In this document: one piece after another, positions 31,662 through 42,273 of the stretch | Position numbering within the stretch: position 1 is the stretch's first letter | Layout of the letters: every line of letters begins with the position of its first letter | Assembly: GCA_963666285.1 (NCBI GenBank) | Contig: OY762711.1 | DNA from: Sedimentisphaerales bacterium | Lineage (GTDB): Bacteria > Planctomycetota > Phycisphaerae > Sedimentisphaerales > SM23-30 | Reading direction: 5' to 3' (one strand) | DNA: 64,000 bases | Notes under the pieces: model-generated | Databases searched by the model: none | Told to the model about the DNA's origin: nothing | Seen by the model: the letters and a program-made list of their open reading frames with translations, nothing else | Program-made: the position numbers and the translations under genes

Positions 31662-34430
31662 ATGGAAAAGAAAAATACCAAGAACACAGATTCAGATTTC
31701 GGTCAAGATCCCATAGATAAGGTTGTGGTAAATCAAGAAAATGGGTTTGGGATATTTTCCAATTATGTACCAACCTCAAGTATTACAGGGCTTTGTACAG
31801 CTATCTTTTTCTTTTCAATTATGACTGCAATAGGAAGTGTCCTATTATATTACTCACTCTCGGAAAATATTCACTGGGGAATTTTAATAACCGGATCTAT
31901 CCTTTTGCTGATAAGTTCAACACTGCTAATAGTAACTTCGCAATGCTTCAGAGATGCTAGGAGAAAAGATATATACAATTTACCTTTCTCTGGAATATGG
32001 GTTACTAATGATGGAATAGTCTATTACGGTAAATTTGAATGGCTGTTTAATGAACCAATTTGCTATAACTTTTTCTTGAAAAAAGAAATCTATGATTTGA
32101 GTCAAGTGAGCATTCAATGTCAAGTTGATTGTCAGAAAGTCTTATCTGAAAAATCCATATTACTTTTTCGCTTAGACAGAAAGCCGTCGTCAGATAACGT
32201 CCGCTATGAAATCGTTAGCGTACTACTATCAATAGGCAATAATGATGTTTTTGAGATTTCCATTGCCGATGGTTTATTACTTGTTGGTAAAGATAAGGGA
32301 TATTCAAGTAAGAAATACTCATTATTAACACAATTAAAAACGATAGATCATTCCCTAAAAGACCTTCATTCTACGAACAAACCATTTTGGGGTATGTTAA
32401 TTAAGCTTAGCAAAGATTCATACGTAGTACCTATTCTTCCCTGGACGCCAGTTATAACAATTCGTGGCATTATTGATAGAATTGACTACCATCAATACAA
32501 TAAAGATATTTTAAACATATTAGAAGACAATCTGTTTGGTAATGAAAAAACTAATTCTTATATAAAAAGTAAAATAGACAATGATGAATGGTTAGTCCTT
32601 TTAGATCAAGGGGAATGGGACAAAGTTTCTACAGCACAGTCAGAAATACTACAGATTATCCCACCTCCTAATGATATGACCTGTATTAAATGCGGAGGAA
32701 TATTGCAGCAGGTTACTTCATATGGAAAATCAACCGGGGAATGTGTGTGCCTGAATTGTATTACATCCAAAGGTAATTGCCCTATATGCAGTAAACCATT
32801 AAGATCAGACCATATGTATGAATGTGAGTTATGTAAAAGTGAATGGCATGAGATCGCTACTGCCCAATCAGATTTGAAGCAGATACCTCCATATATTGAC
32901 GAGAAGTTAGTAGCATGTATTCAAGATGTCGCCCTCACATATAATGATAATAATATAAATATGTATATAGGTGACCTGTATATCTGTGAACAATCACTTT
33001 ATCACCTCTCTTTTGAAAGTGTATCTAAGCCATCTGTCTTTGCGGATGCTCTAACGGCTGGTATTTTTTTGGGGCCTATTGGCGCTGTTGCTTATAGCAG
33101 TTACAAACAATTATTCAGACCAGAAATTAAGGATGCCTTGAAAAATACCCCTGAGCATAGACAGAAACATGGTGCTATAACCTCAAAGAGAGATTTAGCG
33201 GCATTGCCATTATACAATAATTGGTGTATTGCTACTGAGATTCGCCTAGATGATATAATAAAAGCTGACTGCAACGAATTAACTTTATCTATAATAATAT
33301 CAGACATTTATGAAAATAAAGAAAAGGTCAACTGTGTATTAACAAAAATGACTTATGGGATTATTCCAAATATTATTTCACGATGGATTGCAACTGGTAC
33401 TTCAAACAATGAAAAGTGCTTGATGGAAGAGGTTGTTTACGGAGAAAAGTTAACCTGCAACGAACAAGCAGTCTTTGAAGCATTTTTAAGAAAAATACGT
33501 CTGTTTAAATGTACAGTAGTATACCCAGGCTTCTCATATGAATATTGTCAAAATATTAAAAAGTATTTTCTTAAAGATGAGGGCCTTTCCAAGAAAATTG
33601 GACACATACTTGGAATATATACAAACCAATCCGGAAAAGGAGGTGTTTTGTTTGCAACCGCTGGTCTCGTTTGGAAAAACTATGGTAAAGCACGCTATAT
33701 ATATTTTTCCAACCTGAATCCTGACAACATTGAATACGATAATACTTTCTTTTCCGATTTTCTTTGCATAGGAGATGACATTAAGATTCATTTTACGTCC
33801 TGCGACCCTGAGGAAATAAAAGCAATTGAGCAATTTATAAAAGATGCTTGTACTATTATTAATCCTGGTTCAGATGATGTTTCAGCCAATCACTCATTAT
33901 CATTAATATATGAAAAAGTAGAATGTGACAATGATGATTCTGCGTGTAAAAGACAAGATGAAAAGCCCAAGAATGATACAAGCAACAAGCAGGAACGACC
34001 ACCTTATATCAACGAGATACTAAAAAAATACAGGAATACTTTTACTAGTACGAACAATTCCATTTATTATGCTCCAGATATTCCTCCTCGTAAGGCAAAC
34101 AATGCTATAAGTTATACTAACGGAATATCTCCTGATGACATCCTAGTGCTAATAGATGACACCGTATTTGGTAGCGCTAAAGATGGTGTGTTAATTACTG
34201 AAAAAAGTATTTATTACCATGGAACTCTAGGAAAAGGGAACTATTGTAATATATCTGACATTGAAAATGTTGATTATAAGAAAGAGTTTTGTGAACATAT
34301 ATATATAATCAATAATAATCTCAAGATTAAAGTAAATTCTTCCACAATACCTAAAGAGAAGTCTGGAATGCTAGTCGATATGCTTTTAGAATTAGCGGCA
34401 AAAAGAAGGACTTCAGGAGAACAAGGTTGA
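31662..34430 (+). CDS. Large hypothetical membrane protein with Cys-rich Zn-ribbon cluster
   Basis: Two N-terminal TM helices; CIKC/CLNC/CPIC/CELC; C-terminal IDDTVFGSAKDGVLIT motif; AT-rich. Confidence 0.75.
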   Translation: MEKKNTKNTDSDFGQDPIDKVVVNQENGFGIFSNYVPTSSITGLCTAIFFFSIMTAIGSVLLYYSLSENIHWGILITGSILLLISSTLLIVTSQCFRDARRKDIYNLPFSGIWVTNDGIVYYGKFEWLFNEPICYNFFLKKEIYDLSQVSIQCQVDCQKVLSEKSILLFRLDRKPSSDNVRYEIVSVLLSIGNNDVFEISIADGLLLVGKDKGYSSKKYSLLTQLKTIDHSLKDLHSTNKPFWGMLIKLSKDSYVVPILPWTPVITIRGIIDRIDYHQYNKDILNILEDNLFGNEKTNSYIKSKIDNDEWLVLLDQGEWDKVSTAQSEILQIIPPPNDMTCIKCGGILQQVTSYGKSTGECVCLNCITSKGNCPICSKPLRSDHMYECELCKSEWHEIATAQSDLKQIPPYIDEKLVACIQDVALTYNDNNINMYIGDLYICEQSLYHLSFESVSKPSVFADALTAGIFLGPIGAVAYSSYKQLFRPEIKDALKNTPEHRQKHGAITSKRDLAALPLYNNWCIATEIRLDDIIKADCNELTLSIIISDIYENKEKVNCVLTKMTYGIIPNIISRWIATGTSNNEKCLMEEVVYGEKLTCNEQAVFEAFLRKIRLFKCTVVYPGFSYEYCQNIKKYFLKDEGLSKKIGHILGIYTNQSGKGGVLFATAGLVWKNYGKARYIYFSNLNPDNIEYDNTFFSDFLCIGDDIKIHFTSCDPEEIKAIEQFIKDACTIINPGSDDVSANHSLSLIYEKVECDNDDSACKRQDEKPKNDTSNKQERPPYINEILKKYRNTFTSTNNSIYYAPDIPPRKANNAISYTNGISPDDILVLIDDTVFGSAKDGVLITEKSIYYHGTLGKGNYCNISDIENVDYKKEFCEHIYIINNNLKIKVNSSTIPKEKSGMLVDMLLELAAKRRTSGEQG

Positions 34431-34810
34431 AGTTAAGTATAAAATAAAAATGTAAGTAAGATGTCGCTTATATAAGTAAAAGGCAATAGGTAAAGATTAA
34501 GATGTTGCTGACGCGAGTTTTTAAACGGCTAACGCCGAAACGGTTGACCACGAAACGCGAAAAGAAAATACAGGTCCTCAGATACTCGCTGATATTCGCA
34601 AATGATTAGAATACAAATTTCAAAAAGTTTTACCACGAATCCATCTAAGTCGGATAAGTTTGCAAGCTAAAATATAAAAGAGCTGAACCACGAATAAGCT
34701 ATGGTAACCGGAGCCTCCCGGTTAATTCAGGATCGAGTATAATATAATACGACGTCCTATTTTAAACGTGCTCGAAGCACAAACAATAAACCTTATTGGA
34801 GGCCCCAGTT

Positions 34811-35854
34811 ATGATTAAGTATATCGGATTAGATATGGATAGCAAGAAAACAGTTTCAATGGTATATGAAAATGGTACAGAGAAGTACGCGACATTACCT
34901 CCTGACATTGGCAGTTTGCAAGATTTTTTGATAAAGCATAAGTCTAAGAAGAATAAGGTATTTGTGGCGTTTGAGGTTAGCGGTTTGGCCGGTTGGATAT
35001 ATGATCAGATAGTTGACCTGGTGGATGAAGTGAAGGTAGTGAATCCCACCAAAGCTACCTGGATATATCGTACCAATAAGAAAAACGATCGAATAGATGC
35101 GCGTAAGATGGCAATTTTGTACAGTATTGATGAATTGCCAAGTGTTTATATGCCAGATAAGGCGGTAAGGCAATGGCGTCAGATGATATTGCATCGCCAG
35201 AAGACGGTACGTAAAGTTGGTCAGACCAAGAATCAGATAAGAGCGTTGATAAAGAGCAATGGCTATTTAGTGCCAGAGCATAAAGGCACCTGGTGGAGCA
35301 AGAAGAATCGAGTCTGGATGGAGAGCTTAACAAAGTCAAAAGAAGATGTACTGTGGAGTCTTCAGTTGGAAGATTTACTTGAACAGTTAAAATTACTGGA
35401 GAATCAAAGAGATAAGATAACAGCCAGACTGGATGAGAAGATAAAAGATAATCCTGGAGCTGAATTATTGATGAGTATTCCCGGGGTTGGTCCAAGGACA
35501 GCTGAGGCGATGCTTGCTTATACAGATGATATAGACAGGTTTAGTAACTATAAGCAATACAGTGCCTACTTTGGCTTAACGCCAAAGCTGGATGAGAGCG
35601 GTTCGACTCGCAGATTGGGACATATCAGCAAGCATGGTCCGCAGGTAGTGCGATGGGCATTATGTGAGTCAAGCTGGCGTGTTGTGAGGTTTTGCCCGGC
35701 GATAAGGCAGTTTTATGAGCGGGTCATGGCCGGTCAGGACGGCAGGAAAAAGATAGCGATAGTTGCGGTAGCACGTAAGTTAACATCGATAATGAGAGCC
35801 ATGTTGAAGACAGGCGAGATGTTTAACGCAGAAATGATAAATCAGGCTGCATAG
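34811..35854 (+). CDS. IS110-family DEDD transposase/recombinase
   Basis: IGLD, FEVSG, KNDRIDA (DEDD); SIPGVG, YFGLTP..ESG, ISKHG, AVARKL; GGAGG RBS. Confidence 0.95.
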   Translation: MIKYIGLDMDSKKTVSMVYENGTEKYATLPPDIGSLQDFLIKHKSKKNKVFVAFEVSGLAGWIYDQIVDLVDEVKVVNPTKATWIYRTNKKNDRIDARKMAILYSIDELPSVYMPDKAVRQWRQMILHRQKTVRKVGQTKNQIRALIKSNGYLVPEHKGTWWSKKNRVWMESLTKSKEDVLWSLQLEDLLEQLKLLENQRDKITARLDEKIKDNPGAELLMSIPGVGPRTAEAMLAYTDDIDRFSNYKQYSAYFGLTPKLDESGSTRRLGHISKHGPQVVRWALCESSWRVVRFCPAIRQFYERVMAGQDGRKKIAIVAVARKLTSIMRAMLKTGEMFNAEMINQAA

Positions 35855-36220
35855 AAGACAATATAATAAAGGCTGAGCGACTATGCCGTAAGATCCCGGT
35901 GAATGTCAATTGAAGTTTAAGTTTACTTAAAACCTCGTCACGAAGAATGGGAGTTACGGTCTGTATAAAGTTTAATGTGCCGCCGAATAAGGTGAGTACG
36001 AATAGGAGGTTAGGTCGTTGAATGCCTGCCAAAAGCAGCTCAGTTAATAAAATATGAGGCCTCTGCCTCAGCTCAAAAGCTAACAGGGTTAGCCCCTGTA
36101 ACTTCTTACGCCATCGGCATCAGCCCATGTTTGGGTGAGAGCTGACGCCGAGGCGACGAAGCTACAGGGGCAAAAACCCAGGAAATTTGATAAAAATGTA
36201 AAAAAGAAGAAAAACAACTT
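35855..36220 (+). ncRNA. Candidate bridge RNA/seekRNA region of the IS1111-type element
   Basis: Non-coding 3' end; contains CACGAA (target match), ATAGGA (donor match) and a long hairpin at 36092-36171. Confidence 0.55.
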
Positions 36221-36838
36221 GAAATGCTCCGGTTCATAGGATGGACACGAATTCACACCAATAATATATAAGTGACTCGCTACCGCTCGTGTTTAATTAA
36301 TAATAGTCTAATCTATTTATTAATTTATAAGCAAGTAGAATTCCCTATATTTTCTTATACATAAAATACTCCATATCAAAAAGACATTGTTCGGTTTCGG
36401 CTTTACACTCATATTTCAGTTTGATGAAAAAATAAGTTAACATGCCGACAATTGACCGGTTGAGATGCCAAAGAACTGAACCACGGATCCGCCTGAGGCG
36501 GACAGGTTCACACCGATGCACACTGATAAAGAAAAAAATGGAAAGCGATTGGCAGATGAGCAGTAGAATAGAAAAAGGAAAGTTGCAGGCCAGGGAAATT
36601 TTGTAATAATTTATCTCTCGCAGAGGTCGCAAAGATCGCAAAGTTGAATACTACAAATAGAGAAAGTTTCTGCCGCCCTAAAGGGCTTTGGTTGTTTAAT
36701 TAACTTGTTTCCAGCGTTTGACGTTCCGGGATATATCATACCATCCCTGCGGGTTGCTGCCGAGCTCCGCCTGAGGCGGATTTCATTCAGCTCGGCGTTT
36801 CCAGGAATTATAAATTTTGCTGTTGAATAATAAAAAGT

Positions 36839-38779
36839 TTATTTGTCAGGGTTTTGCATGTAATAGAGATAGCCGTCCTCGGCGCCGACGAGCAGGTCGG
36901 GAATGTTGTCTTTGTTCCAATCGACGATAGTCGGGCTTGAGGTATGACCGGCCAGGATCCGGTCGTCCAGCAGTCCCCTGTCATCGAAAAGCCATTGGCC
37001 CGGTTCTGTCGAAATATTTTTATAGAACCTGACATTTTTATCGTTGGCCAAAAGGTCCAGCTTTCCGTCGAGGTCCCAATCGACGATAGTGAATTTACGG
37101 CGACCGCTGCGGCCGGCGTAACCATTTGTTAACTGGAATGGTTTTTCGGTGTCACCTGTTTTCAGTTTGAAGATACGCTGCGGAGCTTTAAGGGTGAGTT
37201 TGCCATTAAGTTGTACTCGCTGGAAATATGCGAGGTAGCCCTGATAGTCGAGCATAACCAGATCGTTGAGTCCGTCGCAGTTGAGGTCGATAATAAACGG
37301 GGTAGTTCGCCATTGGGTGATAAGCTCGTTATCCTGCGGCTTCCACCAGTTCCATTCGGGCGATTGCGGCTGAGACTGCCAGTTGATAGTTACCGGCTGC
37401 ATCGGTGCGAGTTCGGGAGAATGTTTTGACCCGATATTTTTGAACCAGACGATTTTGCCCCAGATAGAGTTGACAACAATATCGTGCAGGCCGTCGTTAT
37501 CGAAATCGGCAACGGTAAGAGTGGTATAGCCCCATTTTTCCTCGCACGGGCCCTGGATAGAGCCGTTCGGCCCGGCCATGATACGTATCTCCTGGCCGGC
37601 GGCGTAAAGTTTCCGGGGAGCGGCCCAAATTGGGTTGGCACCGCCGCCGAGGTTTTCGACGAAAATGATCCTGCCGGCGGTGTTGCCGCAGATGAGGTCT
37701 TCATCTCCGTCGGAGTCCCAGTCGATACTGTAAGGAGTAACTAAAGCTCCGACCTTTACACATTCAGCCTGCTGACGGAAGAAAGTCGGCAGCTGAAATT
37801 GCGGTATGCCGTCAGCGAATGTGCCTGAGTTTTCGATGAGGGCGACTCTGCCGTCTTCCTGGCCGACGACCAGATCGATATCACCGTCTTTGTCCCAATC
37901 GATAGCGACCGGCACGAACATACAAAGATCCATCTTGATGGGCGTGCCATTATGGGTGAGATAGTGACCGGCCGCATATTTCGGTTCGGTGCGTGTGCCG
38001 ATATTTTCGAAATAGGTAAATTTATCGATAAACTCGCCGCAGATGATATCGAGGTCACCATCGCCGTCGAAGTCAGCGAAGTCAGGGGTCGGCATGCCAT
38101 AGACATCAATCGGTTTGCCGTCGGCAATGATCTTGACGGGGTCCTGCCATGCGGGTTCGGAATCGCTACCGATATTTTTTACCAGATAGACATAGCCGTG
38201 CAGCGGGCCCCTGGTCCATTTGCCGTTTTGGTCGAAGGCATTATCCCAGCCGTACTCTGTCCAGTCGCCTAAACCGATTAATATATCGAGGTCGGAGTCG
38301 CCGTCGTAATCGCAGTATTTCCACTGGTTAGCACGGATATTTGTGCCGGTCTGGTAAATCTTAGAAGTAGGATATATCTTTTTGGTTTTGGAGAAGTTGT
38401 TCTCGATAAAATCTACATATTCGTGGTTAGCTGCGAGTATGCGAGCGCGGTTATTGACATACGAAATCTGAATATTGTTTATGCCGCCGGTGAGCCTTTT
38501 GGCAGGAGCGAAGACAGGATATTTTTTGTCAGAGCCGGTATTTTCGAATAGATAAATGCCATTATAAGGTTTATCAGTACAAGAGACAAGCAGGTCAAAG
38601 TCGCCATCGCTGTCATAATCGACCGGCAGCGGCCAACCCCAGAGGCCGACACCAAGATCGACAGTCAGATCGGGATTGTTATATTTGATACGTTCAAGCT
38701 TAGATGCATACAGGCTGGAAATTAGAGTAGATGATAATAAAACAGCTGTAACAATTAAATATTTCTTATAATGATTCAT
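36839..38779 (-). CDS. Secreted FG-GAP/VCBS repeat protein
   Basis: Signal peptide; many DxDxDGDxDL repeats. Confidence 0.9.
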   Translation of the reverse strand: MNHYKKYLIVTAVLLSSTLISSLYASKLERIKYNNPDLTVDLGVGLWGWPLPVDYDSDGDFDLLVSCTDKPYNGIYLFENTGSDKKYPVFAPAKRLTGGINNIQISYVNNRARILAANHEYVDFIENNFSKTKKIYPTSKIYQTGTNIRANQWKYCDYDGDSDLDILIGLGDWTEYGWDNAFDQNGKWTRGPLHGYVYLVKNIGSDSEPAWQDPVKIIADGKPIDVYGMPTPDFADFDGDGDLDIICGEFIDKFTYFENIGTRTEPKYAAGHYLTHNGTPIKMDLCMFVPVAIDWDKDGDIDLVVGQEDGRVALIENSGTFADGIPQFQLPTFFRQQAECVKVGALVTPYSIDWDSDGDEDLICGNTAGRIIFVENLGGGANPIWAAPRKLYAAGQEIRIMAGPNGSIQGPCEEKWGYTTLTVADFDNDGLHDIVVNSIWGKIVWFKNIGSKHSPELAPMQPVTINWQSQPQSPEWNWWKPQDNELITQWRTTPFIIDLNCDGLNDLVMLDYQGYLAYFQRVQLNGKLTLKAPQRIFKLKTGDTEKPFQLTNGYAGRSGRRKFTIVDWDLDGKLDLLANDKNVRFYKNISTEPGQWLFDDRGLLDDRILAGHTSSPTIVDWNKDNIPDLLVGAEDGYLYYMQNPDK

Positions 38780-39000
38780 AAACCTGCTCTTTCATAAAAA
38801 AGACATTCTCATGTCAGTAATGGAGATAGCCCCCGACAAATTAAATATTTAAAAGCTCAAAATGACCAATGGTCAGTTTGGAGAAGTATTAATGGACAGA
38901 ATCATCGTATCAAAACAACGGTTAGATATCAATAGAAATTAAGCTTATTGGCAAAAGGGGCAAACAGCGAAAAAACTATAAAGCATTGCAGAATATAGAC

Positions 39001-39528
39001 TTATTCTTCGTATTCTTTTTCGAGCTGTTTGATGCCTCGGCGACAAGCCATTTTTGAGAAGGTAGTAAGCCGGTCGATGAAAAGTATGCCGTCGAGATGG
39101 TCGGTTTCATGCTGAAGAATGATAGCCGGCAGATCTATAGCATCGACGGTGAAAGAGTTTCCTTCGAGGTCCTGTGCGGTAACGGTGCAAGATTCTGCGC
39201 GTCGAACCTTTGCACGTATGCCAGGTACGCTGAGACATCCCTCTTCGCCTTCGCAGTTACCGATAAGGTTTGTAAGTACTGGATTTACAAGAACTTCGGC
39301 ATCTTCTCGGGTACCGGTAGGCGAAATAACTATAAGCCGTAGTGAAACACCTACCTGGGGAGCGGCCAGACCGACACCGTCAGATTCAACCATAAGCTCA
39401 ACCATCTTGTCTGCAAGCCGAACGATCTCTTCGTTGACTTCAGTAATTTCCTTAGCTTCCTGGGCCAAGATCGGGTTGGGATAATGGATAATTTCTAAAC
39501 TGTCAATATCTGGTAGGTTATATTCCAT
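39001..39528 (-). CDS. def: Peptide deformylase
   Basis: GVGLAAPQVG, EGCLS, QHETDHLDG. Confidence 0.97.
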   Translation of the reverse strand: MEYNLPDIDSLEIIHYPNPILAQEAKEITEVNEEIVRLADKMVELMVESDGVGLAAPQVGVSLRLIVISPTGTREDAEVLVNPVLTNLIGNCEGEEGCLSVPGIRAKVRRAESCTVTAQDLEGNSFTVDAIDLPAIILQHETDHLDGILFIDRLTTFSKMACRRGIKQLEKEYEE

Positions 39529-39920
39529 CTATACGCCTCGTGTAAAATCAAATCAGATCGCCCGGAGGAAAGCAGCGGTAATGTAATAATTTACATCGCG
39601 TTTGAACGGTCAATCTCAATTATTCAGGGTAGCCAAGTACCCCCGTCAGGTTTGCATTTCTACTTATATTCCAATAGATTATAGTATAAAAACCTAACCA
39701 AATCCAAATAAAATCACCATTTGAAAATAAGCTTAAGGGCCTGATAATAACTGCATTTTCGATACTGATATTGAAAATGGTCATCAGAAGTCATTTTTTT
39801 TACCGGATAAGATTATTTATTGATATTTTAAGGACGATTAAAGAAAAGCCTATAGATTAATTTGTCATAGACAATTATACATGCGAAAAAGAATTTGTGT
39901 TAGATTAGGAGAAGTGGTAA

Positions 39921-42260
39921 ATGAAAAAGGTAAAGGTAAGTGCATCGTCTAATTATTCAACTATTCTATTTCTGGTAATAATCACTTTATTATTTATGCC
40001 GGCGGTTCGTGCGGAAGATATTGATGAAAGCGAGGTAAGTGATCCTGCGTTAGAAGCACAGGATGAAGACCTGCTGGATCTTGACCTTAACGAACTGATG
40101 GAGATAGAGGTTTATACGGCTGCGAGTATAACCGAGAAAGACCCGTTAAAGATTCCGGCGAGTGTAACGGTGATAACAGCGGAAGATATCGCACGTACTC
40201 CGGCCCGAAATATTCTCGACCTGATGGAGATTTATGTGCCGGGAGCATTGTACCTGAACCATAGTACCGGACCACAGCCTGGGATAAGAGGTTTTATCGC
40301 GGATCGGCCATATAAGTTCCTGGTGACATTGAACGGGATAAATATAAATCTGCAGGCGCATTACGGTGCGCGACTGGAGCTGTTGAACTGGGATCTGAAC
40401 GATATCGAAAAGATCGAGATAATCCGCGGTCCGGGTTCGGTAACATACGGACCGGGCGCTATCGGCGGTGTTATTAATATTTACACAAAAACCGGAGCCA
40501 CAAGTGAGGGGACATCTTACGGCGGCACATTCTGGGATAAATATGACAGTATCGGCAATTATCTGAGCTATGGCAAAAAGACAAACGATGTAGAATTGTA
40601 CAGCTACCTGAGCGTAGTGCATACAACTGGTACCAGACCAGACCTGTACGGGATCGGTTCATCATCATACGGTTATGTAGGAGAACCGGGCGGCAGTTCC
40701 AGCCCGCCAGCAACATATATGGCAGATTTTTTTGACGAGCCAGAAGTAAAGGCGCATTTCGACATGCGATTCAATAAAAACTGGCGGTTCTGGGGCAGGT
40801 ACAGTTCGTCCTCATCAGAATTGGTTCAGGGATCGGCAATAAAATATAACTATGACGGCGGATATAAGGATTTTCGTCAGACAAGATATCGCTATTACCA
40901 GTTTGTCCTGGAAAATGACCATGTTTTCAGTGACGAATTCAGCATGAAATCAAAACTGGCATACAGCTCCAAGGATACACATAATATCGAAAAATTTGAC
41001 ACAGACAATACGATAGAAAATGATAAAAACAATTTGCAGAATATAGGCTGGATGTGGTCGGAGGATCAGTTGTACACCCAGCTGATGTTGAAGTTCAAGC
41101 CGGAAGAAGATTTTAAGGCAGCGATGGGCTTTGAGTTCAGCTATGACACGATCGGTCCGGGCTGGGGTAAAAATGCAGATAACGGTTTGATACTGGGTAA
41201 AGGTATGATAAGCGGTACCAGTTCTGATATGTATGGAACAGGTTACCGCCAGCTAACATCAGACAGTGAAAACTATTATGCAGTTGGAGACGGATGGGAA
41301 ACATACAGCCATGCGATTTTAGGCGAATTGAATTTCAAACCGTTTGAAAGAACAACGACAATACTATCATCCAGGCTGGACAAACACGAATATACCGACT
41401 ATATGCTTTCGCCAAGACTGGCGGTCATCCAGGAATTGAGAGAAAGGGAATATCTGAAGTTTATCGCACAGCGTTCGGTAAGGAGGAACACGGCAGAAGA
41501 GCTGTATATGAACCATGTAAACGGAGAAGACAATGACCCGGAAGAGTTGTCAACATATGAGTTAATTTACACGGGTAAACTTTTTGATAAGGTAACGTGC
41601 CAGGCATCGACATTTTATAATGACGCCGATGTAATCGCATACGATTTTGCACAGTCAAGAAGCAGTAATGTCGGAAGCCTACAGACATGGGGCCTGGAGC
41701 TGGAAGGCAGATACGACACTGAAGATTTCACCTTTGGAATAAACCACTCCTTTGTCAAACAGCTGGACTGGGAACTTGCCAGCGGAGTAGATGTGTCAGG
41801 GATAAGCTATTCGGACTATTATCGTGATGCCGGTGACGGTGTGATAATCACCTCGCAGGGTAACGATCTGAATAACTGGGCGAATCATGCCACGAAACTA
41901 TTTACAAATATTAACCTGCTGGAAGACCGGGTAAGCCTGCACACGGACCTGGTGACATTCTGGGGATTTGAAGGCCGCAAAGACGGACTTGACGCATTGA
42001 CAAATGGCGGTAGTACAAGTGCTGTAATAGATGCAATAAATGATCTTGATGTATATGATCTTGAGATGAAGGCGAATATCTCGTTAACATTCCATTTGAA
42101 TAAGAATGCAGACTTGTCGCTGTTCGGTCAGAATATCCCAGTTATCGGTGATAATAAGAGATATTCATATTCCTCGGGCTTTAAGAAAAGCTATCCGGAC
42201 AAAGTCAGCTGGATCGAAGAGCCGGCGGTCTTTGGTTTAAGGTTCAGGGCAACGTTTTGA
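39921..42260 (+). CDS. TonB-dependent receptor
   Basis: Signal peptide, LNELMEIEV.TAA, PASVTVIT plug, IEIIRGPGSVTYG..AIGGVINIYT, C-terminal F. Confidence 0.92.
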   Translation: MKKVKVSASSNYSTILFLVIITLLFMPAVRAEDIDESEVSDPALEAQDEDLLDLDLNELMEIEVYTAASITEKDPLKIPASVTVITAEDIARTPARNILDLMEIYVPGALYLNHSTGPQPGIRGFIADRPYKFLVTLNGININLQAHYGARLELLNWDLNDIEKIEIIRGPGSVTYGPGAIGGVINIYTKTGATSEGTSYGGTFWDKYDSIGNYLSYGKKTNDVELYSYLSVVHTTGTRPDLYGIGSSSYGYVGEPGGSSSPPATYMADFFDEPEVKAHFDMRFNKNWRFWGRYSSSSSELVQGSAIKYNYDGGYKDFRQTRYRYYQFVLENDHVFSDEFSMKSKLAYSSKDTHNIEKFDTDNTIENDKNNLQNIGWMWSEDQLYTQLMLKFKPEEDFKAAMGFEFSYDTIGPGWGKNADNGLILGKGMISGTSSDMYGTGYRQLTSDSENYYAVGDGWETYSHAILGELNFKPFERTTTILSSRLDKHEYTDYMLSPRLAVIQELREREYLKFIAQRSVRRNTAEELYMNHVNGEDNDPEELSTYELIYTGKLFDKVTCQASTFYNDADVIAYDFAQSRSSNVGSLQTWGLELEGRYDTEDFTFGINHSFVKQLDWELASGVDVSGISYSDYYRDAGDGVIITSQGNDLNNWANHATKLFTNINLLEDRVSLHTDLVTFWGFEGRKDGLDALTNGGSTSAVIDAINDLDVYDLEMKANISLTFHLNKNADLSLFGQNIPVIGDNKRYSYSSGFKKSYPDKVSWIEEPAVFGLRFRATF

Positions 42261-42273
42261 TAAATCTAATAAT

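Larger units (their letters stand above)
34694..36242 (+). mobile_element. IS110-family (IS1111-type) insertion sequence, complete
   Basis: Subterminal IRs AACCGGAGC (34706-34714) / GCTCCGGTT (36226-36234), AT core dinucleotide at both ends, long 3' non-coding end; removal restores a 10-mer repeat. Confidence 0.88.

Noticed and set aside
39552..39580. SRP RNA (CCGGAGGAAAGCAGC resembles the domain IV motif)
   Set aside because: The exact CAGG..GGAA..AGCAG geometry and the long flanking stem are missing.
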